Below, one piece after another: positions 1 through 8,600 of a stretch of DNA of 31,163 bases (positions within the stretch are counted from its first letter, which is position 1; each line of letters opens with the position of its first letter). The notes under the pieces are model-generated. The model did no database searches, was not told the origin of the DNA, and saw only the letters and a program-made list of their open reading frames with translations. Both the position numbers and the translations under genes were made by a program. The DNA is from Bacteroidota bacterium (GTDB lineage: Bacteria > Bacteroidota > Bacteroidia > AKYH767-A > 2013-40CM-41-45), in assembly GCA_046075925.1 (NCBI GenBank), contig JBJTRB010000291.1:1-31163 (forward strand). Reading direction: 5' to 3'.

Positions 1-183
1 ACCGGTGTGTCAACAAGAATTGTCGTTTATGATGTCACAGGGAAATTGCTTGGAGAAATGACTGCTGCTCTTGGAGGTGATGGTTACATCCGATTGGATC
101 TTACCGCTTATCCGAAAGGAGTACTGACTGTAGTTGTTGAAAGTAACGAAGGTGCATGGGCTCAAAAAGTGATCCTGCATTGA
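1..183 (+). CDS. 3' end of a T9SS type A sorting domain (CTD) protein, truncated at window start
   Basis: Frame 1 is open to TGA at 181-183 and reads TGVSTRIVVYDVTGKLLGEM...IRLDLTAYPKGVLTVVVESNEGAWAQKVILH*. The YDVTGK...LDL..YPKG...KV pattern is typical of a T9SS CTD. Not in the ORF track because it has no start. Confidence 0.8.
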   Translation, partial: TGVSTRIVVYDVTGKLLGEMTAALGGDGYIRLDLTAYPKGVLTVVVESNEGAWAQKVILH

Positions 184-193
184 TAGTACACTA

Positions 194-2434
194 ATGCCTT
201 CGAATGAAATGAACCGTTTGTCGATTTTTGAACTGCGTTTCTTTTGCTGCCTTCTGCTGTGCTTGATCATAGGAACGAACTTATCCCATGCTCAAACGTG
301 GGAACGACTTATTTCCAACCGTAGCACAGACGCGTTCCGTAGTGTTATCGAAACTCCTTCCGAGGACCTGGTTGCAGCAGGATATGTGGCCGATGGAACC
401 AGCAACGACACCGATGCATTCGCTGCCCGATTCACCAAGCAAGGCGATACCGTTTGGACGCTTACATTGAACGGTCCGCTCAGCAGGAAAGATCTTTTTT
501 ATAAGGTAGCCTCCGCACCCCAAGGTTTCATCTTTTGCGGATACAGCAATAGCTACGATGCGTCCGTCAGTGAAAGGGCATTCATGGTTCGTACAGATGA
601 GCAGGGAAATACAGCGTGGACCTATTCGTGGGACAATCCCGGTCGTTCCAGGGCGCAGGATGTCGTGACGACCCAGGACAGCGGATTCGCAGCTGCAGGA
701 TATGTTGTTTCAGGCAATCAGTTCAGCGGATTCATCTTGCGCTTGAGCGCAAACGGCGACACGGTTTGGAGCCGACAGTATGTACATCCGGGCAGTAATT
801 ACTCCGATCTTAACAGCATCCGGCTTTTGGAAGATGGTGGCTTCATCGCATGTGGACAATGTCGCATGGGGAATGATTATGACATCTTCCTGCTTCGCAC
901 CGACTCGATCGGGAATGTAGTATGGTCAAGGAATCTGGGCACGGTCAACGGAGCGGCTGAAAACGGAGAATGTGTTTATAAAACGAATTATGGATTCATC
1001 GTTTGTGGCAGCACTGACAGCACCTCCAGCAATGGCACTACCGATGGTTTTGTCGTAGCTACAGATACATCAGGCTCCTATCTCTGGAGCACAGCATTCG
1101 GTGACCCGACAGTGAACGACGATTTCCATCAGATCACTCCCACCTCAGATACTGGATGGGCATTATGTGGAACAACAAGATCGTACGGACCGCAACTTCC
1201 AAATATATGGTTGGTGAAAACGGATAGTATTGGCGGTTTGATTTGGAACAGGACGTTCGGTGGCAACAACCACGATCACGGATACAGCACCGTACAAACA
1301 CAAGATGGTGGATTCCTTTGCGCAGGCTATGCAAGCAGCTTTAATTTCAATTATGAGGATGCCTATCTGATACGATGTGATTCAAGAGGAGAATTGGAAG
1401 ACTACCTACGATATGGAACTGTATCCAGTATCGTATCACCGGCACCTGGATCCTGCTCAAGCGACAGTGTTCTACTGATTGTCGCCATCACGAACATGGG
1501 TAGAGACACCCTGTCTAACTTCTTGGTTACCGCCAACATCACAGGAGGAGGAATCAACTTGAGCCAAAGCTGGACCTATCCGGGATCCATATTTCCGGGC
1601 GATGTTGTTTACGACAGTCTACCTGCATCGATCAGTCTGATAGGAACATCCTGCTCGCTTGCCTTCGACATTTCACTTGATACGCAAAACGATGTGATTC
1701 CACCAAGGAATACGCTACTTGAAACAAGAAACATCATTCAACCTCCGTCGGTGACAGGAGATGAGCGCTGCGGCGCCGGATCAGTGACACTGACAGCCCA
1801 AGCCCCCTGTGAGAACTTGTTATGGTTCAGACAACAACAAGGAGGGAATATCATAAATGCAGGAAGCACGTTCACCTTTCAGGCAGCAGGCGATACTACG
1901 TTGTATGTTCAGGCCGGATCCTTCTGTCCGCGCATCGCGGTGCAAGCCGACATTCTACCATTACCTGTTGTCGAACTCGAACAAGGCGTTGATACTGCTT
2001 TCCATGCGTTGCCTTACAACTTGCAGGCTCCTTCCGGATTCGTGAGTTATGTATGGAGCACGTTCCAGAACACGCCATCCATCCAAGTCAACACGACCGG
2101 ATTTTATTGTGTGACCGTCATCGACATGAACGGCTGCGCAGGGAATGATTGCGTGTTCGTACTGGACTCGGTGATTTCCGGTCAATCCGAACTCACTGAT
2201 TACGATTTAAGGACCTTTCCGAATCCGGCTGCGGACCGTTTGGTTGTGGAATGGTTGAACAGCACTACCGAATTCGAAGCGGAAATACTTGATCTTTTCG
2301 GAAAGCGTCTGATGAAGGAGAGATCTGAAAACGGTCGATGCGTTTTCGATATCGGCAGATTGCCTGTCGGGAATTACTTGCTACGGTCGGCTGATGACAC
2401 GCGCGTATTTACGCGCCGCTTCATCAAGTCATAA
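194..2434 (+). CDS. T9SS-secreted protein: signal peptide, ~7 propeller-type ~50-aa repeats, CARDB-like Ig domain, Ig-like (CHU/Ig_7-type) domain, CTD
   Basis: Signal peptide ending LSHA. Repeats such as 'T.DGGF(I/L).(A/C)G...D..L.(R/K)TDS.G...W...(F/Y)G'. 'PPSVTGDERCGAGSVTLTA...WF...GG' Ig-like unit. C-terminal FPNPA...GNYLL...RRFIKS. The start may be the ATG at 209. Confidence 0.85.
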   Translation: MPSNEMNRLSIFELRFFCCLLLCLIIGTNLSHAQTWERLISNRSTDAFRSVIETPSEDLVAAGYVADGTSNDTDAFAARFTKQGDTVWTLTLNGPLSRKDLFYKVASAPQGFIFCGYSNSYDASVSERAFMVRTDEQGNTAWTYSWDNPGRSRAQDVVTTQDSGFAAAGYVVSGNQFSGFILRLSANGDTVWSRQYVHPGSNYSDLNSIRLLEDGGFIACGQCRMGNDYDIFLLRTDSIGNVVWSRNLGTVNGAAENGECVYKTNYGFIVCGSTDSTSSNGTTDGFVVATDTSGSYLWSTAFGDPTVNDDFHQITPTSDTGWALCGTTRSYGPQLPNIWLVKTDSIGGLIWNRTFGGNNHDHGYSTVQTQDGGFLCAGYASSFNFNYEDAYLIRCDSRGELEDYLRYGTVSSIVSPAPGSCSSDSVLLIVAITNMGRDTLSNFLVTANITGGGINLSQSWTYPGSIFPGDVVYDSLPASISLIGTSCSLAFDISLDTQNDVIPPRNTLLETRNIIQPPSVTGDERCGAGSVTLTAQAPCENLLWFRQQQGGNIINAGSTFTFQAAGDTTLYVQAGSFCPRIAVQADILPLPVVELEQGVDTAFHALPYNLQAPSGFVSYVWSTFQNTPSIQVNTTGFYCVTVIDMNGCAGNDCVFVLDSVISGQSELTDYDLRTFPNPAADRLVVEWLNSTTEFEAEILDLFGKRLMKERSENGRCVFDIGRLPVGNYLLRSADDTRVFTRRFIKS

Positions 2435-2440
2435 CGACTT

Positions 2441-3133
2441 TCAAGCGGTAACGGTAGCGAGGATGGATTCGAAAATCAGTCGTCCGTCCGTATTTCCTAG
2501 CTCCTGATCGGCAGCTCGCTCGGGATGCGGCATCATGCCGAAAACGTTCCGACCTTCGTTACAGATACCCGCGATATTTTCCAGCGAACCATTCGGATTA
2601 GCGGTCGCGTCCACGTTGCCGTTTTCATCGCAGTAACGGAACCGGACTTGTCCATTCTCATTGAGTGTTTTCAAGGTAGAAGCATCCGCATAATACCTGC
2701 CTTCGCCGTGAGCGATCGGTATTTTAAGTGCCGTTGACGTTGCGATATTGGATGTAAGTAAAGAGTCGTTGTGCTGGGCCCGGATGTGCACATTGCGGCA
2801 GATGAAACGGGAGTCGGTATTCCGCAACAATGCGCCCGGAAGCAGTCCGGCTTCGCATAGTATCTGAAAACCGTTACAGACGCCGAATACTTTTCCTCCT
2901 CTGCCAGCGAATTCGATCACCTCCTTCATGATCGGAGAAAATCGTGCTATGGCACCTGAGCGCAGGTAATCTCCGTAAGAAAAGCCTCCGGGCAGCACGA
3001 TCATGTCGCAACGCTGTAAGTCATGGTCCTTGTGCCAGAGTTTGACCACTTGCTGACGCAACTTGTCGCGCAGCACATACACCATGTCCTCATCGCAATT
3101 GGATCCAGGGAAAACGACTACTCCGAATTTCAT
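2441..3133 (-). CDS. purQ: Phosphoribosylformylglycinamidine synthase subunit PurQ (glutaminase)
   Basis: N-terminal [26 protein letters not shown], catalytic [15 protein letters not shown], and GMMPHPER (His-Pro-Glu of the triad). Confidence 0.97.
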   Translation of the reverse strand: MKFGVVVFPGSNCDEDMVYVLRDKLRQQVVKLWHKDHDLQRCDMIVLPGGFSYGDYLRSGAIARFSPIMKEVIEFAGRGGKVFGVCNGFQILCEAGLLPGALLRNTDSRFICRNVHIRAQHNDSLLTSNIATSTALKIPIAHGEGRYYADASTLKTLNENGQVRFRYCDENGNVDATANPNGSLENIAGICNEGRNVFGMMPHPERAADQELGNTDGRLIFESILATVTA

Positions 3134-3137
3134 GTGG

Positions 3138-3145
3138 CTAAGGTA
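3138..3145 (-). promoter_or_regulatory. Possible Bacteroidota -7 element variant (TACCTTAG) 4 nt upstream of the purQ ATG
   Basis: Minus strand reads TACCTTAG-CCAC-ATG, one mismatch to TAnnTTTG. Confidence 0.35.
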
Positions 3146-3150
3146 GCCAG

Positions 3151-3180
3151 AAAAAAGAAAGCCGGCTGAAGGGCCGGCTT
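3151..3180 (-). terminator. Intrinsic terminator of the ECF sigma gene
   Basis: AAGCCGGC (3159-3166) / GCCGGCTT (3173-3180) inverted repeat, followed on the minus strand by TTTCTTTTTT. Confidence 0.8.
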
Positions 3181-3199
3181 GAAATCTTGTTTGTCGTTA

Positions 3200-3724
3200 T
3201 CAGGCTTTAAGCGCCAGATCGCGGTAGACTGAAAGCTTGGTGGATAGTTCCTTTCTGGCGTTGTGGATACGCACCTTGACTGTTCCAAGAGGAAGTTTCA
3301 GTTGCTGGGCGATTTCCTCGTATTTGTAACCGGTGTAACTCATCATGAATGGCGTACGGAGGTTTTCATTGATGGAATCCAATGCCTCTTCGATGTCATT
3401 CATCACCAGATTACCCACTCCGTCGTTGCGCTGAGCAGTAGCCATGTTGTTGATGTAGTACTGGTTTTCCGTATCGTCATGAAAGATGTTCGATTTCATG
3501 GCACGACGGTATTTGTTGATGAAGATGTTCTTCATGATGGTGTACAGCCACCCTTTAAGGTTGGTGCCTTCGGCGAACTTGTCTTCGTTGGTGAACGCTT
3601 TCAACATGGTATCCTGTACAAGGTCGTCAGCGTCCTCAAGGTCCTGAGTGAGTTTCAACGCATAGTGGCGAAGTGGTTGCGATTCGACCGTTACCATGCT
3701 GCGGAAGTCTGCTTTCTTTTTCAT
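3200..3724 (-). CDS. ECF-type RNA polymerase sigma-70 factor
   Basis: 174 aa with only sigma2 (DADDLVQDTMLKA...GTNLKGWLYTIMKNIFIN) and sigma4 (GYKYEEIAQQLKLPLGTVKVRIHNARKEL) regions. Confidence 0.93.
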   Translation of the reverse strand: MKKKADFRSMVTVESQPLRHYALKLTQDLEDADDLVQDTMLKAFTNEDKFAEGTNLKGWLYTIMKNIFINKYRRAMKSNIFHDDTENQYYINNMATAQRNDGVGNLVMNDIEEALDSINENLRTPFMMSYTGYKYEEIAQQLKLPLGTVKVRIHNARKELSTKLSVYRDLALKA

Positions 3725-3730
3725 GACAGG

Positions 3731-3808
3731 TTGTTTAACTTTTTAGTGTTTTTACTTCCACAAATATACATGTCGAAGCGATATTTTTCCATTCTTGTTT
3801 AACTTTTT
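3731..3808. repeat. Exact 14-bp direct repeat TTGTTTAACTTTTT (3731-3744 and 3795-3808) in the sigma/folE divergent intergenic region
   Basis: Read directly; copies start 64 bp apart. TGTTTAA (3796-3802) also forms an inverted pair with TTAAACA (3820-3826). Confidence 0.85.
3761..3768 (-). promoter_or_regulatory. Bacteroidota sigmaA -7 element (TATATTTG) for the ECF sigma gene
   Basis: Exact TAnnTTTG match 36 nt upstream of the ATG. No good -33 TTTG at 19-21 nt spacing. Confidence 0.6.
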
Positions 3809-3916
3809 GTGTATTTTAATTAAACATTTTATTGGATTTTTCTAAGAATCCCAGAATCCATGAACTATTGTGGTTTCAGGCTGTTTTTAAAGTAAATCCA
3901 TTCAGAACCCTTGAAA

Positions 3917-4603
3917 ATGTTCGAAAAACCCCTCCGATCTGATAATTCCTTGATCTCGCTCGATGAGCTTTTGGGGGATGAGCATGTATCCTACGGTAGT
4001 GAAACGCCTTTGCGTGCCGACGCTTTTCTGTTGAGCGACGAAGAGAAGATCAACATCATTTCCCGCAAATTCCACGACATCCTGCATACGCTGGGAATGG
4101 ATCTGGACGATGAAAGCCTGAAAGGAACGCCGCGCCGGATCGCCAAAATGTACGTCAACGAGACGTTCAAAGGTTTGAATCCGGCCAACCGTCCGCAACC
4201 GACCCTGTTCTCCAACACCTATCGCTACAATCAGATGCTGGTTGAACGCAACATCCTTGTACAATCCACGTGCGAACATCATTTCGTACCCATCCTGGGT
4301 AAAGCGCACGTCGCATATATCTCTGCCGGCAATGTGATCGGTCTGTCCAAGTTGAACAGAATCGTCGATTACTATTCACGCAGACCTCAGGTACAGGAAC
4401 GTCTGACCATTCAGATCGCTGAAGAGTTGAAAGAAGTATTACAGACCAGGGACGTAGCTGTGATCATCGATGCTGAACACCTGTGTGTTCAAGCAAGAGG
4501 CATCAAGGATCCGCACAGCAGCACCGTCACCTCGTCCTTCCATGGCAAATTCTTGAACGAGTCGACCCGTCAGGAGTTGATGCGTTACATCTCCATGGAC
4601 TAA
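3917..4603 (+). CDS. folE: GTP cyclohydrolase I
   Basis: GTPRRIAKMY, zinc-binding STCEHHFVPILGKAHVAY, GLSKLNRIV, RRPQVQERLT, AEHLCV.ARG. ATG at 3917 preferred over the TTG at 3911 in the ORF track. Confidence 0.96.
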   Translation: MFEKPLRSDNSLISLDELLGDEHVSYGSETPLRADAFLLSDEEKINIISRKFHDILHTLGMDLDDESLKGTPRRIAKMYVNETFKGLNPANRPQPTLFSNTYRYNQMLVERNILVQSTCEHHFVPILGKAHVAYISAGNVIGLSKLNRIVDYYSRRPQVQERLTIQIAEELKEVLQTRDVAVIIDAEHLCVQARGIKDPHSSTVTSSFHGKFLNESTRQELMRYISMD

Positions 4604-4629
4604 GAAAACCAGTGGTGTGGTTTATTTTG

Positions 4630-4659
4630 GAAAGGCGCTTTCGCAAGAGGGCGCTTTTC
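4630..4659. terminator. Likely bidirectional terminator between convergent folE and the MerR regulator
   Basis: GAAAGGCGCTTTC-GCAA-GAGGGCGCTTTTC forms a 13-bp stem (with G-U pairs) closed by a GNRA tetraloop, with T-rich sequence downstream. Confidence 0.8.
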
Positions 4660-4673
4660 TGCTTTTATTAAAA

Positions 4674-5546
4674 TCATAAATAGCGTTGCAGATCCGCAGG
4701 AGCGTGGATGAAATGGATGTCGCCTGTGAAATGTTCCTTGGAATTCAGGAAGACATTGCCCGTCAACAAAAGCTGCGAGCCTGGGAATTTCTTTGAAAGC
4801 TCATCGATTACCTGCTGTGCTGAAAAACGGGAGAACCCGGCTGTGATGGAAGTAAGGATATAATCCGGACGGAAACTCTGCATGAGTCGCTCCAGATCGG
4901 GCATCGGTAAATTGGTCCCCAAGTACAACGCACGATGTCCAGCGGCCCTTATCAGGTAATTACCGAATAATAAACCCAGCTCATGAAACTCTCCCTCGGG
5001 TAGCAAGAGCAGGAAATTCTTAGGATCGATCGTGGGTTTTACATCCTGCGCATCAATGGCGACAATCAATTTCTGACGGATCAGACACGACATGAAATGT
5101 TCGTAAGCGGGATCCAGCGTGCCTGATTGCCACAACACGCCGATCATCGACATGAAAGGAAAAATCACTTCCATCATCGTCCGTTCAAGTCCCGACTGAA
5201 GAATGCTGGATCCAAGTACTCTGTTGAAAGTGGTCTCATCAAGATCCAGCATACAAGTCGCCAACGACTGGATATGGGCGGAAGAATTTCCCGAGCCGAC
5301 TGCCACATCGAAGGCCTTTTTTCCCATCTCCTCTTCCGTCATCCGGACGATTTCAGAGATACGATGACCGTTCTTGTTCAGGGTCGAGATATTGAGCAAC
5401 AGTCTCAAGTCCTCGTCATCATAATAGCGGACATTCCCCGGAGTCCGTTTAGGGCGCGGCAGATTGTACCGCTGCTCCCAAATACGCAGTGTGTGCGCAC
5501 GAATTCCGGTCAAATGTTCGATGTCCTTGATGGAAAACTGACTCAT
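4674..5546 (-). CDS. MerR-family regulator with cobalamin-binding domain, CarH/LitR type (putative adenosylcobalamin photoreceptor-repressor)
   Basis: MerR HTH (FSIKDIEHLTGIRAHTLRIWEQRY...RYY). W-x9-EH motif (WQSGTLDPAYEH, 5097-5132) and B12 His-ligand motif EFHELG (ExHxxG) followed by a Rossmann-type domain. Start placed at MSQ (5546); the ORF track starts at 5561. Confidence 0.88.
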   Translation of the reverse strand: MSQFSIKDIEHLTGIRAHTLRIWEQRYNLPRPKRTPGNVRYYDDEDLRLLLNISTLNKNGHRISEIVRMTEEEMGKKAFDVAVGSGNSSAHIQSLATCMLDLDETTFNRVLGSSILQSGLERTMMEVIFPFMSMIGVLWQSGTLDPAYEHFMSCLIRQKLIVAIDAQDVKPTIDPKNFLLLLPEGEFHELGLLFGNYLIRAAGHRALYLGTNLPMPDLERLMQSFRPDYILTSITAGFSRFSAQQVIDELSKKFPGSQLLLTGNVFLNSKEHFTGDIHFIHAPADLQRYL

Positions 5547-5620
5547 AACCTCATTCAACAAGGAAAGCAGTCGTTTTGTTCAAGCATGCCTCAATAAATC
5601 TTTAAAAAAACGAAGTCAAA

Positions 5621-5652
5621 TGAAAAAGCCCTGAGGGAATTCCCTCAGGGCT
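5621..5652 (-). terminator. Intrinsic terminator after the DUF4397 gene
   Basis: Perfect 26-bp palindrome AGCCCTGAGGGAATTCCCTCAGGGCT (5627-5652), followed on the minus strand by TTTTCA. Confidence 0.78.
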
Positions 5653-5675
5653 CGAAGTTGATTGCAATCAGGGGG

Positions 5676-8600
5676 TTATCGCTTGATGATGACCGGACGA
5701 GTATAAACTCCTGACTCGTTCACGACGGACAAATGATACATACCGGCAGCGAGGCCTTTGACATCCATCACTCCTTTTTCGGAGGTTGGATCGATGTTCA
5801 TCGTAGAAACGACTTGTCCGGTAATATCGGATAACTTCAGTACGGAAGCTCCCTTCACTTCTTTGCCAATGACGACGTTCAAGCGGTCGCTGCTTGGATT
5901 CGGATAAACAGACACAGCAGCAGCACTGGTCAATTCATCTACTCCGACATTCAGGGTAAACGGAATGACCGTTCCGTTCGGCAGGGCTGCAAAGAGTCCG
6001 AAGGCTGGTCCATTCTGGTTCGTCGAAGGATCAATGAATCCGGAAGCGAATACGACCGCGGGACTTCCTGCGAGGGAGGTAAGGTCGGCATCATAGCTCA
6101 CGATAGTCGGTGCGCCGGGCGCAGCTGTGATATCAACAACGTATGGAACTGCAGGCACCTGGTTGTAACTGGAAATATCACCGTAAGCGGCATTATCAAC
6201 CAAGGTGAAGCCGGAGGCGATCACATCCACAGTCGGAGCATCGGATGATCCATGAACGACAGCCACGTCCACGCTGCCAGGATCGGATCCTACTTCCAAA
6301 GCACCACTCAAAACGAAATACGTGAATTGGGTAGAACGACCGTCCGGATTAGCGGCAAAGTTCGATGGGTTCGTAACGCCGTTTGCCAGGATGACATACT
6401 TGTTACCGATTCCCAGATTGATGGTGGTGCCAAGGGTCGGAATGGTATCCGCTGCAGAAGTTGAAGTAGCAGGTGCGATGCCGATAGGAATATCGATTCC
6501 ACCTTGTACATCCAGGAAGGCAGTGGCCTCGCGGAAATCAAAATCATCGATCAACAGCGTGGCACCGGCATACACGTCAACACTGCTTGCGACAGGGTCA
6601 GCCGAATTATGAATGATCTGCACGCGTGCATTGGTGTTCACATAAGGAGGAAACTCCACCACCGAACCATTCGGAAGGGCGGCGAACAAACCGAACGCAG
6701 CGCCATTCTGGTTTTGGGATGGGTTAAGGAAACCGGAAGCGAATACGACTGCAGCACCGCCACCAAGTGTAGAGAGATCAGCGGTGAATTGAGCTACAAC
6801 CGGAGCGCCGCCAGCAGGTGTCACATCCAAGATGTAGGAAGCAGCAGGCACCATCAGGTAGTTGGTGATGTCACCGTAAGCAGCATCGTCGACCAACACT
6901 GTCGATCCGGTACGTACGTCAACCGTTGGTGCATCGCTCGCGCCGTGCAGTACTACGAAGTCGACATCGGTAGGCATGCTGCCCGTCTGTTGCACTCCAC
7001 TCTTGACGAAATAAGTGAATCTGATGGAACGAGCGTCGGGGTTAGCAGCGAAAAGAGTGGTATCCACCACACCGTTTGCGACAATCGCATAAGATGTACC
7101 GGCAGTCAGGTTGATGGTGGTGCCAAGTCCTGGCAGGGTATCGGCAGCAGAAGTGGAATTGCTCAGAGCGATTCCGACAGGAATGTCGACTCCGGCAGGA
7201 ACCGTCAAGAACGAAGTCGCATTGCGGAATGCAATATCATCGATCAACAAGGTGCTTCCTGCATAAACGTCTACAGTATCAGCGATGGGATCAGCTGCAT
7301 TGTGAATGAGCTGGACACTTGCGAAGCTGGCTGTAGGCAATGGAAACACTGTACCATTCGGCAATACCACATAAAGGCCGAATCCAGGACCGTTTTGGTT
7401 CGTCGTAGGATCCAAGAATCCGGAGGCGAAAATCATTCCGGCTCCGCCTCCCAGCGTGGTGAGGTCGGCAAGGTAGGTTGCAACGACGATGCTGTTGTTG
7501 GTAGCAGGTGTCACATCCAAATAGTAAGAAGCATTCGGCAGTTCGAAATCCGAACTGAAAGAACCATATGCGATGTTGTCAACCAATGGCGTTCCGCTTC
7601 CTTGTGGAAGGACATCCACTGGCGGGGCATCTGTAGTTCCATGAAGCGCATACAGTCGTACGGTTGAAGCACTACTGGACGATTCGAATACACCTGGCTT
7701 TAACAGCAATTGGAATGCAGTACTCAGGCCGCCCGGGTTAGCACCGAAACCGCCTGGATTCAGTACACCGTTCGCCACGGCTTCATACGTTTGTCCGGAC
7801 TGAAGCGTAACAGGGATAGTGGTCAGAACATCTGCTACGCTGGTGCTGGTACTGGGAGCGATACCGATGTTGTAAGTGGTATTCGATGCCAGCGTAACGA
7901 ATGGAGTTGCTGTACGGAATGCGAAATCATCCAACAACAAGGTGTTATCCAGATAGACATCCACTGAGTCCGCCGCTGGATCCGCTGCGTTGTGGACAAT
8001 CTGCACTCTCGCTGAATCATTGCTTGGAAATTGTACAACTGTACCGTTGGGAAGCGCTGCATACAAGCCGAAAGAAGGACCACCTTGGTTGAGTGAAGGA
8101 TCGTAAAATCCGGAAGCGAAGACAAAAGCTGCAGTGCCACCAAGCGTGGAAAGGTCTACGTTGTAAGAAGCGACCACCAATGAATTGTCATTCGAAGGAG
8201 TGATGTTCAATTTGTAATCAGCTATAGGAACCGTCAGGTAAGAAGTGAAATCACCATAAGCAGCATTATCGACAAGAGGAGTCGGAGTACCCATGGGCAC
8301 AACGTCGACAGCAGGTGCGTCCGTGGAACCATGGTGAATACGCAAATCGACTGACGAGCTTGAAGCGGAGGTAGTGCGAGCATTGGCTGATACGTTCAAG
8401 ACGAAATTAGTCAGGCGACCATCCGGATTCGGAGCGAAACCGACCGGATCGATCACACCGGAAGCGACAACGATGTAATCGACACCAGGCGCCAGAGTCA
8501 GCGTAGCGCCCAATCCTGGTACGGTATCGGCCGCCGATGAAGAATTACTCAAGGCGATACCGATGACTGCTGTTCCAGCTGGAATCGGCAAGAAGGATGT

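Noticed and set aside
2441-4603. purQ-folE as a purine/folate operon
   Set aside because: They are on opposite strands and separated by the sigma gene and its terminator. An isolated purQ is not unusual, so the metabolic link alone is not evidence.
5547-5675. Cobalamin riboswitch near the B12-binding regulator
   Set aside because: The intergenic space is short and taken up by a terminator. I could not see B12-box elements here or in 3725-3916 or 8775-8904. An Rfam scan would settle it.
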